This document shows, in pieces, positions 38,742 through 53,295 of a stretch of 64,000 bases of DNA. The position numbers and the translations under genes were made by a program. The stretch's first letter is position 1; each line of letters opens with the position of its first letter. The stretch covers positions 4,960,001 to 5,024,000 of the forward strand of contig OX597822.1 of NCBI GenBank assembly GCA_951406725.2, written 5' to 3'. Under the pieces are notes generated by a model. The model saw only the letters and a list, made by a program, of their open reading frames with translations, had not been told where the DNA came from and searched no databases. Source of the DNA: Octopus vulgaris. Lineage: Eukaryota.

Positions 38742-39090
38742 CATGTAGGCCGATGCCAGCGCCGCCCCAACTGGCTTCTGTGCCGGTGGCACATAAAAAG
38801 CACCATCTGAACGTTGCCAGCTTGGCTGGCTTCCGTGCCACTGGCACGTTAAAAGCTCCAACCGATCGTGGCCGATGCCGGACCCCCCCCTGGCACCTGT
38901 GCAGGTGGCACGTAAAAAGCACCCACTACACTCGCGGAGTGGTTGGCGTTAGGAAGGGCATCCAGCCGTAGAAACTCTGCCGGATCAGACTGGAGCCTGG
39001 AGCAGCCCCTGGCTTCCCAGATCCTGGTCAAACCGTCCAACCCGTGCTAGCGCGGAAAGCGGACGTTAAACGACGATGATGATGATGATG
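38742..39090 (+). mobile_element. Family C retroposon (young, CpG-rich) with variant upstream units
   Basis: gtgccggtggcac units, then aaaaagcacccactacactcgcggagtggttggcgttaggaagggcatcc...ggacgttaaacgac(gat)n. Confidence 0.9.
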
Positions 39091-40425
39091 TAGCTCTAAG
39101 TTAATACTTATATTTGATGTGTTATTTTAATAATAAGCAGGTACTGGTGTAATGGTCATATTGCACTCATGTTTCACTCTTGCCACTCATCTATTGATTG
39201 CTAGGCAGTATTTATGTATATAATGCTGTTAACATGGCTAGATTGAATGGTACTGCTTGGGTGTCAAAACTATGATGATATCTGTTAGGCAGATGAAGGC
39301 AGAAATGTTTGTTAAATGTGCTTGTTTGTGAATCTTTTATATCTTGGGGCCTTGTTATTCTGAGTTGTTCTTTATTCTTGAAAGAGTAAACATATTTTTG
39401 GATTAATGGTTTATAGTGATTATGTATACTGACATTGTTTGATTGAATTCATGGATAATCTTATTGGACAAGGATAATACTTAATTGATAGTTTCTAGTT
39501 TTGGGAGATCTATATATGTATATATTTGTGTGTATGTGTGCGTGTGTGTGTACAGGTATGTGGTGAGAGAGAAAGAGAGATAAATAGCTAAATAGTCACG
39601 TATATACATAAACAGATGAACTACAAAGATACATGCGTACATACATCAACATATACATCAAACTCATACAAACACACACACACACACGCACACACACACA
39701 CATGCATGCACACACACACATGCACACAATACTAAGGCTCCAAATTTCTTGACATTGTGCTTTCTGCATTAGTTCTCTGAAGCAGTATCAAAGAGAACAT
39801 TGTAACATTTACACATGAATGAGAGAATAAACACACTATATTCACATACGTACTTTCACTCTTCTAGGTATATTGCATACATTTATAGATTTACACAAAC
39901 AAGCATACACACACACATGTATGTGTAAATGCATACAGACTTGTGTGTATGTGTGTGTAAATACATGTATGCATACGAGCATGTCGCAACATAAATATAT
40001 ATGGATTGACAACTGCAGTGAGCCTTTGTCTGAAAACTTTTATCCAGCACTTCAAAAGTCTACTTGATTTTTGATGTGTTAGTTCAACTTCAGAGCAATT
40101 TTCAAGATTTCCGAAAAGGATATTTGTTTCAAAAGCTGTTTCTGACACATACACCATTCACAAAACATTCAAAGAGAAAGCAAAATACAAAGAGGTAAAA
40201 AAACAGTCAAACTAAAAATAAAACATAAAATATAGATAAAATTAGCTGAAACAGATTAAATTTGATTTGTGGATATAGAATCATCTAATTTTGTTTCAAA
40301 TTCCACATGACCTGCACTTGACGTTTTAATTTCAGAATTGTGTGTGTGTCTGTGTGTGTGTGCACATGTTAGTGTCATTATCATTATATTTTGTCCACTC
40401 TCCATGCTCACATGGGTTGGAGTAT

Positions 40426-40530
40426 ACACACATCATATATACAGCACACACATCATATATACAGCACACACATCGTATATACACCACATACATCATATAT
40501 ACAGCACACACATCATATATATACACCACA
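40426..40530. repeat. 20-bp minisatellite, about 5 copies
   Basis: acacacatcatatatacagc repeated. Confidence 0.85.
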
Positions 40531-41801
40531 CACAAACACACAAACACATACATTCATTTTATACACGCATGTTGGATAACTAATTTTTCACCCAAACTGA
40601 TACAGGATTTTATTTTTGAATTGGCCTGAACGGAATAAATTACTGTCTGGTATCATTCAGAGCTAACTGCAAACACACACACACACACACATGTCTAAAA
40701 ATATGAAGGATTACCGATTGGTAGGACACAATACAATAGATGTCATTTATAGATTTCATTGAGATTACAAAGGTAAAGAAATGGAACTTTAGTTGTGTTG
40801 GCCAACATTAGTGATTAGTTGGGGTTTTTATTATGAGGTGATGGTAGAGTTGGTGGGGAAGAAAAAACTACGTAAGTCAGCTTTGTTTGACATGAAAAGA
40901 ACAAAATGGCTGTTCATAGAAATGATCACTGACCAAAATGTCAAAGAGAGTATTTAGAATGGATAGAAATAAGAGAGCAGGATGATGATAATGAATATCA
41001 TTTTGATGATGATGATAATGATAATGATGATAATAACTTCTTTCTTTGCCTCAAGATCAACAAAGAGAATAAAATATAAACAAGTTTATAACAATAGTCA
41101 TTCTATCAGTATTAGTATTGCTGTTGGTGTTGTTGTTGCTGTTATTGTGGCTGCTAAAAAAGAACACAAAATAATTATAACTTAATAAAAAAGTATAATG
41201 ATTGAAAATGTAAACACAAATTGCATAATCCATCCACACACACACACACACACACTCACACTCACACACAAGTACTTGTCTGCTATTTATCTTGAACTTG
41301 GGTATACCTAAAGTTGCTTGTAATAATTTTACTATGGTAACAAAAAATGCATCCAATCTCCCCTGATTTTGCTGGGTTTTTTTTTTTTATGTATTGTGAT
41401 AAATCATTAGTGTTCTTTTCCTTAATGTCCTATTTTTTGCAGTTGTGTCTAGTGTATAGTAATTAAATGTATATGATTATTGCACAAAGCAGTTTCTGAA
41501 ATGTACTAAAATAAGAATTTATAAATACCTGGGTCACCAATCTCAATGTTTGTGCTTAAAACTGTAACTAAACTTTAGAAACATTTCCAAATTTTAATAG
41601 TTACAAATAAAGTCCAACTCATACCAGGAAGGAAAACAGACATTAAATGATGATGATAATGATGATGATATATTTGTAGGAATTTGGACCCAGAAAATTA
41701 TCAGGTATGAGACATTGGAAAAATTGTTTGAGTCCTAAATTGCAAATTTGAGGTTTATAATCCAGCACAATTTAAATCATCAAGAAATCTCTCCTGAAGT
41801 T

Positions 41802-42265
<464 letters not shown>

Positions 42266-42271
42266 GATATT

Positions 42272-43130
42272 CTGATCGTGGCCGTTCGCCAGCCTCGTCT
42301 GGCACCTGTGTCGGTGGCACATAAAATACACCATCCGAGCGTGGCCGTTCGCCAGCCTCGTCTGGCACCTGTGTCGGTGGCACATAAAATACACCATCCG
42401 AGCGTGGCCGTTCGCCAGCCTCGTCTGGCACCTGTGTCGGTGGCACATAAAATACACCATCCGAGCGTGGCCGTTCGCCAGCCTCGTCTGGCACCTGTGT
42501 CGGTGGCACATAAAATACACCATCCGAGTGGCCGTTCGCCAGCCTTCGTCTGGCACCTGTGTCGGTGGCACAGTAAAATACACCATCTGAGCGTGGCCGT
42601 TCACCAGCCTCGTCTGGCACCTGTGTCGGTGGCACATAAAATACACCATCCGATCGTGGCCGTTCACCAGCCTCGTCTGGCACCTGTGTCGGTGGCACAT
42701 AAAATACACCATCCGAGCATGGCCGTTCGCCAGCCTCGTCTGGCACCTGTGTCGGTGGCACATAAAATACACCATCCGATCGTGGCCGTTCGCCACCTCG
42801 TCTGGCACCTGTGTCGGTGGCACATAAAATACACCATCCGAGCGTGGCCGTTCGCCAGCCTCGTCTGGCACCTGTGTCGGTGGCACATAAAATACACCAT
42901 CTGAGCGTGGCCGTTCGCCAGCCTCGTCTGGCACCTGTGTCGGTGGCACATAAAAAGCACCCACTACACTCACGGAGTGGTTGGTGTTAGGAAGGGCATC
43001 CAGCTGTAGAAACATCGCCAGATCTGACTGGCCTGGTGCAGCCTTCGGGCTTCCCAGACCCCAGTTGAACCGTCCGACCCATGCTAGCATGGAAAGCGGA
43101 CGTTAAACGATGATGATGATGATGATGATG
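42272..43130 (+). mobile_element. Family C retroposon with 11 tandem 63-bp units
   Basis: Unit gtggccgttcgccagcctcgtctggcacctgtgtcggtggcacataaaatacaccatccgagc starts at 42278, 42341, 42404, 42467 ... 42907. Followed by the family C tail and (GAT)n. Confidence 0.92.
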
Positions 43131-43297
43131 ACAGTGGTAACAAGTGGGTGGAGGTGTTAACCAAACTGGACAAAATACTTTACAGCATTTCTTTTGGCTT
43201 CTTATGTTCCCACTTAAAATCTTGTCACGGTCAACTTTGCTTTTCACCATTACGAGGCTGATAATTAATGACTTGGTGCCAAAATTTGGAACCATTA

Positions 43298-43619
43298 TCT
43301 ATTATATAAAATAGACCTGTGTGTGCGTGTATTCGCTTTCCACATGAAAATGGCTGCACAAATTGGTTCCATACTTGAGATGCATGAATAATTTGACTTT
43401 GGATACGTAAAAGGGTCTTTATTTTATTTTTTTATTAAAAATAAATATTGCTTTATATAAGATTAACTTCTTCAAAAAGGTGTTTCAATGTCAATTTCCG
43501 GTACGGACATATCAACCATGGCTACCTAGACACACACATGTATGTCTGACGTAGCAGCTGTGGCTATCTATCTGTCTATCTATCTATCTACCTATCTATC
43601 TATATATCTATCTATCCAT

Positions 43620-43660
<41 letters not shown>

Positions 43661-43710
43661 CATTTATCTAACTATCTAACTATCTATCTATCTATCCATT
43701 TATCTAACTA

Positions 43711-43757
<47 letters not shown>

Positions 43758-43808
43758 CTCTATCTATCTATCTATCTATCTTTCAATCTATCTATCTATC
43801 CATCTCTA

Positions 43809-43855
<47 letters not shown>

Positions 43856-44695
43856 GTTTGTCTGTCTGTCTATCAATTTAACTATGTGTGTGATTGCTTT
43901 TCATGTGAAAACTGCTGCACAAATTAGTACCATATTTGGGAGGCACATTCCCTATCTAAATCATCGTGCTTACTTTCTTTCTATCTCTTACTCTATCATT
44001 CTCTCTTCATTCTGTCAAATATTCCGTCTTGTGTTTACCATTGTAATGACACCTGGTACCAAAAAAAATTATTACAGTGACTTTCATTGTTTACAGTCTT
44101 CTGTACTTGTTCGTACCTTGGTGTGAAATAATTATTTTCCACAGGTTTTTATGAGTGCATTCAAAGTATCTGACCTCCAAACCCACCACAAACCACTTTT
44201 TTCCAGAAAAGAAAGGAGGGGAGGGGTCAAAAAATGATATCACCATGAAATATTGGCAGGTCCTTTATTGCAAATAGCTGTTATGTGGTAACAGGGCGTG
44301 CTAGAAATAGCAACCAAATCTTTCCTTTACTGGAAGGGAAGGAGACATTTACATATGATTTTGATGTCATGTTCATTGAAAGTATGCAAAATAACCTAGA
44401 AAAGGAAAACAAAAACCTGCAAAACAAAACTTCGTTGGTGGGAAACTCCAAGGTCACCACCACCCCTCTTCCCCTTTTTTTTCTGGTAAAAAGTGGTTTG
44501 CAGTGGGTTTGGAGGTCAGATACATTGAATGTGCTTGGAAAAACCCATGGAAAAATATTATTTTACACCAAAGAATAAACAGGTCCTTTACGAAATATTT
44601 ACCTAGAAAGAAGGTGTCAAATTACATTACAAGCAAAGAGTACTGTGTTAAGGCTATGAGTTTATAACCTGAGCGAAACCGGGTCCTTCTGCTTG
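43298..44695 (+). mobile_element. Composite non-autonomous Helitron-like element
   Basis: 5' a|TCtattatataaaa, and 3' hairpin acctgagcgaaaccgggt followed by cttg|t (decayed CTAG). The 5' motif is repeated near 43885. Contains (TATC)n and a MITE. Confidence 0.5.
44118..44571. mobile_element. MITE-like element with inverted arms of about 110 bp
   Basis: ttggtgtgaaataat...tatctgacctccaaacccac versus gtgggtttggaggtcagata...attattttacaccaa. Confidence 0.75.
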
Positions 44696-44713
44696 TTATT
44701 ATTATTATTATTA

Positions 44714-44928
44714 AGGTGGTGAGCTGGCAGAATCGTTAGCACACCGAGCAAAATGCTTAGTGGCATTTTGTCTGTCTTTAAATTCTGAGTTCAAATTCTG
44801 CTGAGGTTGACGTTGCCTTTCATTCTTTTGGAGTCAATGAAATAAGTACCAGTTGAACACTGGGGTTGATGTAATCAACTTACCTCCTCCTCCAAAGTTT
44901 CAGGTTTTGTGGGTATAGTGGAAAGGAT
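44714..44928 (+). mobile_element. SINE family B
   Basis: Full-length copy between (TAT)n tracts. Confidence 0.85.
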
Positions 44929-44952
44929 TATTATCATTATTATTATTATTAT

Positions 44953-45364
44953 TCAGTAGTTTTATTTTTGTAGTGTGCTTTCACTTCACTACTGAGCGCA
45001 GCTCTGTGTGCCTTAGGTATGTGCTGTGATGCTCTGATGGTTATTGTATGGAAAGTGTTCTGCGTAGGATGTGTGCAGTGCCTAGTAGTGCAATTTTCTG
45101 TATGTTATATGTGTTTGTAAGTCCTGGTGTTTTTGTTATGTATTTGTCTGAATATTTTTTTATCATGCCTAATGCACCTACTATGATAGGAATTGTTTCT
45201 GTTTTTAGATTCCACATTCTGGTTACCTCTATTTCCAGGTCTATGTATTTTGAAAGTTTCTCCATTTCTTTTAGAGACACGTTGTCATCTGCCGGTATTG
45301 ATACATCAATTAGAAAGCATTTTTTTTCTTCATGATCTCTGACAACTATATCTGATCTGTTGGC
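44953..45364 (-). mobile_element. 5'-truncated R4/Dong-type non-LTR retrotransposon (restriction-like endonuclease domain plus 3' UTR)
   Basis: Open frame ANRSDIVVRDHEEKKCFLIDVSIP...EKLSKY.DL...PIIVGALG...QKIALLGTAHILRRTL fits the (RP)D...D..P...K..KY RLE signature. Both ends lie in (TAA)n, the known Dong target. Confidence 0.88.
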
Positions 45365-45464
45365 CTTATTATTATTTATTATTATTATTATTATATTATT
45401 ATTGCTCTTATTATTATTATTATTATTACTATTACTATTATTATTATTATTATTATTATTATTA

Positions 45465-45937
45465 AGGCAGCAAGCTGGTAGAATTGTTAGCTTGCCAGGA
45501 AAAATATTTAGTGACATTTCATCCATCTTTACATTCTGTGTTCAAATTCTGCTGGGGTCAACTTTGCTTTTCATCCTTTTGGGGTTGATAAAGTACCAGT
45601 AGAACACTGAGGTCAATGTAACTGACTTAATCCCTCCCCAAAATTGCTGGCCTTGTGCCAAAATTTGAAACCATTATTTTCGTTATTATGATGATGATGA
45701 TGATGATGATGATGATTATTAAGGCAATGTGCTGGCAGAATCATTAGCATGCCAGACAAAAATTATAGTGGCATTTCTTCCAGCATTACTTTCCGAGTTC
45801 AAATTCCATTGAGGCTGACATTGCTTTTCATCCATTTGGGGTTAATAAAATAAATAACAGTTGAGCACTGGCGTCAATGTAATCAAATATTCCACTCTTC
45901 CAAAATTTCAGGCATTGTAACTACTGTAGGAAGGATT
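45465..45937 (+). mobile_element. Two tandem family B SINEs
   Basis: Copies at 45465-45673 and 45722-45937, separated by (GAT)n/(TAT)n. Confidence 0.8.
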
Positions 45938-48847
45938 ATTATTATTTTACACATCTTTAGCTTGTATTTCATGGGCCTATGTACTGAGAAACAAGCCTAA
46001 TAAATAATGCTTTTAGGAGATGGTAAGTTCTCTTGATTTTTTTAAACTCAAAGATCAAATTTGAAAACTTACCTTTCACTGATTCAGAATACAAATTTGT
46101 AAACTTTAGAGTCTTGTAAACTTTAGAGTACTTTTCTAATTCTAACAAGCCCTCAGTGAAAGGAGAGCAGGTGTTAAGTTTCAACAAAGGTAATGCATTC
46201 AAGTGACCTTTTTTTAAACAGTTGATTTACACCCATAATCTTATATTTAGTTCATTGCCTCAAAACTTACATTTAGTTTATTGTCTTATTTTGAAAGCTT
46301 CAAGTCCATTGCACCAAATATTAACCAAGACATCCTGTCTTTAAGACATCAAGCTCAAAAACTATAAACTGTCAAATTGACTTCAAATGTTCAAATTCAC
46401 AACTCAACACCTTTAACATTTAGTCAGCTAATTTCTTTCAAAAGCTGACATTGATTGTCCAGAACTCTACGGAACTTTTATTTGGCTTCATTCCCCCTCC
46501 CCGCCTCACTGATTGTAATGTCAGACAGATCAAGAGAATAGTCATTCCTTGTTAGAAGCTATTAGAAATTCTTACTCTCTATCTTATCTTATCCTTGTAT
46601 GGTTTTATTGCAGCAACATTACTATGTTTATTATTTATTCATTGTAAGTTTTTTTTTTTCTTTTTGTTTTAGCAATATAGTATTTTACCTTGTTTGATGA
46701 TGTTTTTTCTTCTTCTTCTTTCTATTATTTCAGTTAACTTTCTCAGGATAATTCAATTATTCTGGGTGAAGAATTTTTTTGTAAATTACACCTTTCAGCT
46801 ATTCTTATTAAGTAAAGCTACAGTATTGAAGTTTCCAAACCATATCTTTGCAATTATTTTATTTATACCAAGATACCAGATTATTTAGTATTTAAAAGTC
46901 AGAATGGTGGTTGTTTAGTAACAGGTCAGCACTGACTGAGCAGAACTATGATTAAATGTGTTTAAACCATCACTTTACCATTTAAAAAAAAAATTCCCAT
47001 GTCTACAAAGTTCACTATGTCTTTCCTCCTTGAAAAGAAGTAACGTGGTATTTCAGAGTAATTTGATTGTTATTTTCAATAAGCTGAACTATCACACAGA
47101 GCTACCCAGAAAGTTTCCTAATATAGAGAGAATAGTAATTTATGCTCTTGCTTATCAATTACAGAGATCAGTGACACTGCCATTCATATTTTGTGATTGA
47201 GAAATATATTGAAAAATTATTTAAATCAATGACAGATGAATAATAATGATCAATCAGTATGACAGTTCAATGTTTTAATGACAAAGCACGATAAAACAAA
47301 TATACCACGACAGAAAGTCAGTGGATAAATTTTCTGATGAGATAAGTTTTATCTTGGGTAGTGCATAAGTTAGTTATTGCTTTCAAACCAAACATACCTT
47401 CATTAATTTACTAGACCAATTGATTAGTACAGTAGATTAGTACAGGTATCCCTGACAAAATTCACTTAGCTGGATGATGTTTCTGGACAAGCTAACAATA
47501 ATAATCCTTTTCTTCAACACAGTTCTGATAGAATTCAGCAGCAAGCACCAAATCACCAAACAACATTCTAAAACATGCAGTAATTCTAGTACCCTACATG
47601 CGAGTCACTGCTTGCATTCAGTCGATATATTCAACTCCACTGATATCAATTACTATTTATTTCATTGACTATAAGGAGATGAAAGGCTCCATTGACCAAA
47701 GCAAGATTTTTATCAGCAGGAGCTAAACCACACAGTCTGAATACACTACATGAAAGAATCAATTTATCTCCACCCTACTTCAACAAAGTGCTACTTGGTA
47801 ATGACTTAATGAAAAGCAAAACTAAAAAGAATTTTCTTTTATCGAAACTTACTAATTTCATTGAGAGTCTCATGAATAATTTCAGTTGTTTTATAGCAAC
47901 AGGTATACTTGGAAGTGCAAGTTTTTGATTACACACACTCATACATCCATGTACATATACACACAAATACACATGCAAATACATACCCACACATATACAT
48001 ACATCATAAGTGTACTAATGCAGTTAATTCCTGATTATATTTCGTGTCAAATCTAAATTAAGACAAAGATCTTCAAATGAAGTTTTCAACTAATATGAGC
48101 ATAATCACAGCTATATTAATAATCAGATGAAATAAAAGGAATCAACAAGCAACACGGAGAAACAGATGATTGATTCAATGCCTGCTTATGCAATTAATTC
48201 CGGCTAGCAGTTAGACCAGTATACTTTGAAATTAAATAATCATCGCATGGACATTCAGTGAAAGAAAAGCAAAGAGAAAAAAGTGTCATTAACTAGAATG
48301 CTTGATAACATTGGTTCCAAGATAAAGAGTCAGTCTTGCTTGATGGTTCTCTAGCAATATCAATATGAATTAATCAAATAGAGGCCAGTAATGTTGAGGG
48401 AACACTGTATTGAAACTCTAATAAATTGAATCAATAGCTTGTCAACAGCCTAATTAATCATTGGCAACTCAAGTGTGATTGTTACTACTTTAACATTCAT
48501 TTGAAAACAACAACATCAACAACGACGGCAATGCAGCCACCAACAAAATGCCTAATGTTGAAAGGAGATGGAAGCTAGAACAATATTAGGTTAGAGTACT
48601 CTATTCCAGCATATCCAATCACATCCCAATTCTGCAATTCAAACAATTTTATTCCACTTTGTGACACAGACTTACTAGGCAGTAACAGAGGTGTAAAAAC
48701 CTATATTTCAAAGATGAAGCACTATGCTAAAATGTATTAAACATATGCATGCCCAAGTGCATTAGTGCATACAAATACATACACATACAAAAGTATATAT
48801 ACATGCATGCAAGCATATACATATATATACACACACACATTATATAC

Positions 48848-49240
48848 AGGCAGTCATGGCTGTGTGGTAAGAAACTTGCTTCCCAACTACATGGTTCTAA
48901 GTTCAGTCCTACTGCACAGTACTTTGGTCACGTGACTTCTACTATAGACTTGGGCTGACCAAAGATTTGTGAGTGGATTTGGAAGATGAAAACTGAAAGG
49001 ACGCCATCATACGTGTGTATGTGTGTGGGAGCTGGTCTCTCGCCACTGCTTCACAACCAGTGTTGGCACATTTACATCCCTGTAATTTAGCAGTTCAGCA
49101 AAAGAGACTAATAGAATAGGCACCAGGCTTAAAAACATAAGTACAGGGGTTGATTTGTTCAGCTAAAAATTCTTAAAGGCAGTGCCCCAGCATGGCCACA
49201 GTCTAATGACTGAATCAAAAAATGATAAAAGACAAAAGTA
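48848..49240 (+). mobile_element. SINE family A, older subfamily
   Basis: ggcagtcatggctgtgtggtaag...gttcagtcc...cccagcatggccaca...gactgaa. Confidence 0.8.
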
Positions 49241-49292
49241 TATATAGATACAAGCATATACATATATACATATATATACATATATATATATA

Positions 49293-49674
49293 TCTTTATA
49301 TATAAAAGTCAAGTTGTGTGTCTGTCTGTCTCCTATGATTTAGATTCCTAACTACTCCCACATTTTGCGGTGCAGTTTAACCAAAACCGGGTATCTTATA
49401 GTTGTGATTCATATCGAGCCCTTCTGGGTATTAGCGCACGTCTACGGTGAGTCTACGATTAAAAAAAAAAATTACCATCATTTTTTCCATTTTAATGCAT
49501 TTTTTCGCTACTATATAAGGGAAGTAACTCTCTAAAAATGTATATATGAGTCAACGATTTAAAAAAATTTACCATCATTTTTTTTCCATTTTAATACATT
49601 TTTTGCATTTTTTGGCTATAACTCTCTAAAAATGCTTATATAGTTATTTCCTTACAAACCCGAGCAACGCCGGG

Positions 49675-49679
<5 letters not shown>
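49293..49679 (+). mobile_element. Non-autonomous Helitron
   Basis: a|TCtttatatataaaagt 5' end and 3' hairpin cccgagcaacgccggg. The terminal CTAG is lost in (TA)n. Closely similar to 61587-61868. Confidence 0.8.
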
Positions 49680-49719
<40 letters not shown>

Positions 49720-50059
49720 CAATGATATATATATATATATATGTATGTATACACGCAATGGTATATATATTTGTATATATATATATATATATATATATAC
49801 ACAAATATACATGTATATTATCTTAACATCCCCTTTTCCATGCTAGTATGAATCATGTGGAATTCATTTAGGCAGATATCCTATGGCCTAATGCTGTTCT
49901 TGTCACAAACCCTCATCTATTCCTTTTTAGGAATAATATTTCCCTCACATCAGGCATGTTTTTACAGAATATTGTAAATTAATGAAATCTACTTACTAGG
50001 CTTCAGTTAGCCTGAGGCAATAGCAGAAGACTCTAGCTAAAGGTACCAGGTACCATGAA

Positions 50060-50095
<36 letters not shown>

Positions 50096-50677
50096 ACAGG
50101 TATAGGCATGGCTGCATTGTTAAAAGACTTGCTTCTGAGTCACATATTTTTGGGTTCAATCCTCACTGCATGACATCATGGGCTTGTGTGCACGTAAATA
50201 CATGCAGGTAAATATATAACACCTTGTGATTCACAAGTTCTTTTGTATTGTGAGTTATAAGCAGATCCCTACTAGTGTTGTTAATGAGAAAAATCTATCC
50301 AGGACTCTCTGTAAAGTGGTTAGCAAATCAAGAAGAGATGCTAAGGATTTGAAAAGGTCCTTAAGTCCTGCCAAGGATAAGAAAACATCTTCTCACTCCA
50401 AAAATTGAATTCATGATCTTATGAGTCTAAGCCCAACAATGTAAGCAACAGGCCACATGCTTTCACACATATTATTCTTGTTTAATGTCTTTTCATAATG
50501 CTATGAATCTGTAGCATGATATACTGAGACTCATTACTGCAAAGCCAAATATTCTAAAATCTACCTCTATATTCTCTCATGTCATCCCACTTGGTTGAAA
50601 TCTATTGTTGGCTACAAACATCTTCACCTCATTCTTCTGAGAGAATACTTGACAAAATTAAAATAAAATTTGGATAA

Positions 50678-51330
50678 GGCATGGCATGGCTGTGTGATAA
50701 GAACAAGCTTACTCTCTAACCACAAGGTTTTGAGTTCAGTCCCACTGCATGGCACCTTGGACAAATGTCTTCTACTATAGCCTTGGGCCAATTAAAGCCT
50801 TGTGAATTGATTTGATGGACAGAAACTGAAAGAAGCCTGTTGTATGTATGGTGCTCCAGCATGACTACATGCTGATGACTGAAACAAGTAAAAGGTAAGA
50901 TTAAGGTGCAGATATGATTACATGGTTAAGAAGTTCACTTCTCAACCATGTGGTTTCATGTTCAGTCCAACTTCATGGTACCTTGGGCAAATGTTTTCTA
51001 CTATAGCCCATGACCAACAAAAGCGTTGTGAGTGGGTTTGGTAGGTGGAAACTGAAAGAAGCCCATCAAGGGTGCATGGGTGTTTTCCAATCTGCACATC
51101 ATGCAATAGTTGTAAATGAATTAAATAGTCATATAACCAGCATCAATTGTTTCTAGTTTTCCAGGAAATCATGTTTGACCACGGGAAAATACTACTTTGC
51201 TAGGAAAATAGGTGCTGGGTAGCAACAGGTAGGTCATCTGGCTGCAGAAAATCTACTTCAGCAAATTTCCATCTGACTTAACTCAAGCATGGAAAAACAG
51301 ACATTCAAACAATGATGATGATAATGATGA
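50678..51330 (+). mobile_element. Two adjacent SINEs: internally deleted family A (50678-50893) and a family A head with alternative (GAT)n tail (50905-51330)
   Basis: Two successive gttcagtcc...ccttgg(g)caaatg heads with different 3' parts. Confidence 0.75.
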
Positions 51331-51975
51331 TAATGATGATGATAATGATGATGATGATTTATTTATATCCTTAATCAGATAAAATTGATAAGACTATTAA
51401 AAGTCATTTTGAAATTATATTGGAAAGACGTATTTTGAGAAAACAAATCCTTGAATATGTATTGTGTAAATAAACAGACGTAGATCTCTCTCACTCACAC
51501 ATCTGTGTTAAATACACACCTGTAATCACAACACATGTGTGTGTCTGTGTGTCTGTAACTATGCAGAGGTAAACTTACATTCTAGTCTATATGTGTATAA
51601 TTCTACATACCAATATGAATGTATATATATCTATATACATGCTTCTCTTTCTGACCTCTCCCATTTTTCTATGTGTGTATATATGTGTGTGTGTGTGTGA
51701 GTGCGTGCATGTGTAATACAAATATATTGGAGAAAAGGTGAGTGAGAAGGAACTCTGTGAGTGTGTGTAATTAGTTTTCCGTCTGTATATTCTATTTACA
51801 TGTTTTCGGGTTCTCATTTTGTCTTCTGATACAGTGAGAGCATTTGTCACGAAATATCTAGTTCTATTTTGAAAGATTACGTGCAGTCAGTGTATTTGGA
51901 CAAACAAACCGTATACTACTGCAACAGCCACCAACTATACATACAATTACAGAAACACTTATTTCATATGAGTTT

Positions 51976-52035
<60 letters not shown>

Positions 52036-52186
52036 ATTGATAGATACATATATCTTTGGATGTTTGTAGATGTGTGCGTAGAGGTATAAGTGTTTATATA
52101 ACTAGATGTGAGTGTGAGTGTGTCTGTGTATATGTGTGCATATTTATATATAGATATACACACACACACTCATACACATGCATATA

Positions 52187-52220
<34 letters not shown>

Positions 52221-52254
52221 CACACACAGATAGAGTGAGAGAGAGTGAACAAGA

Positions 52255-52350
52255 GAGATAGATAAATAGATAGATAGACAGACAGACAGATAGATAGATA
52301 GATAGATAGACAAATGAATGGATGGTAGCCAGATGAATAGACAGACAGAC

Positions 52351-52438
<88 letters not shown>
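52255..52438. repeat. (GATA)n/(GACA)n microsatellite
   Basis: Direct inspection. Confidence 0.95.
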
Positions 52439-52440
<2 letters not shown>

Positions 52441-52843
52441 GTAGCCAAAATTTTCCCCTGAGAGATACATCAATTTTACATAGAAGTTATAAATTGTGTA
52501 TTAAAAATTAAAGGAAAAGAGTCAGAATACAAAACACACACAAACACACACAAAAGAAAAGGCAAAAGAAGTACCACCATTTGAAATGCTGAGAATGAAA
52601 GATGTCAGATATGTAGTTTTCTCTCAAATGATTAATTACTTTCATAGTCTTTGTTTACTGTTGACTGAATAACTTGTCAGCAACAGAACTATTGAAAAAC
52701 AACACACTCTCTCGCTCTCTCTTTATATACATATGTTGATGTACACTAAGAAGTATACAATGGTATACACATAGATTGTTTGCACAATAATGCTCCAATA
52801 TACATCAATGCAATATAAATACCTGTATCTCTCTATATACTTA

Positions 52844-52993
52844 TCATCATCATCATCATCATCGTTTAGCGTCCGTTTTCCATGCTAGCATGGGTTGGAC
52901 GGTTCTACTGGGGTCTGTGAAGCCAGAAGGCTTCATCAGGCCCAGTCAAATCTGGCAGTGTTTCTACGGCTGGATGCCCTTCCTAACGCCAAC
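52844..52993 (-). mobile_element. Family C retroposon, 5' truncated
   Basis: (CAT)n cgtttagcgtccg...ggatgcccttcctaacgccaac. Confidence 0.85.
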
Positions 52994-53245
52994 TTATATA
53001 TATCAACACTAATGTATGTATAAATATATATAGAACTCCTTCGTATCTGATCTTATGCGTCCACTCTCATGAATAGCTAATATAGTGACATTCACATCAC
53101 TGGTTAGACTCACATCTAACCACACATACAAAGTACGGTTTTGTACATGCTTTGTATATACAAATATATGACATACTTTTAAATAAAAACATCCATGCAC
53201 TCACATATAATATGCTTTCCTCCTGTCCATACACACATACACACC

Positions 53246-53295
<50 letters not shown>

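Noticed and set aside
42278-42960. CRISPR-like array
   Set aside because: The units are whole tandem duplicates with no unique spacers, there are no cas genes, and the context is a eukaryotic retroposon.
46065-46205. Possible minus-strand exon with AAG|gtaagt donor
   Set aside because: No convincing acceptor or polypyrimidine tract. Contains a short tandem duplication, and the peptide is uninformative.
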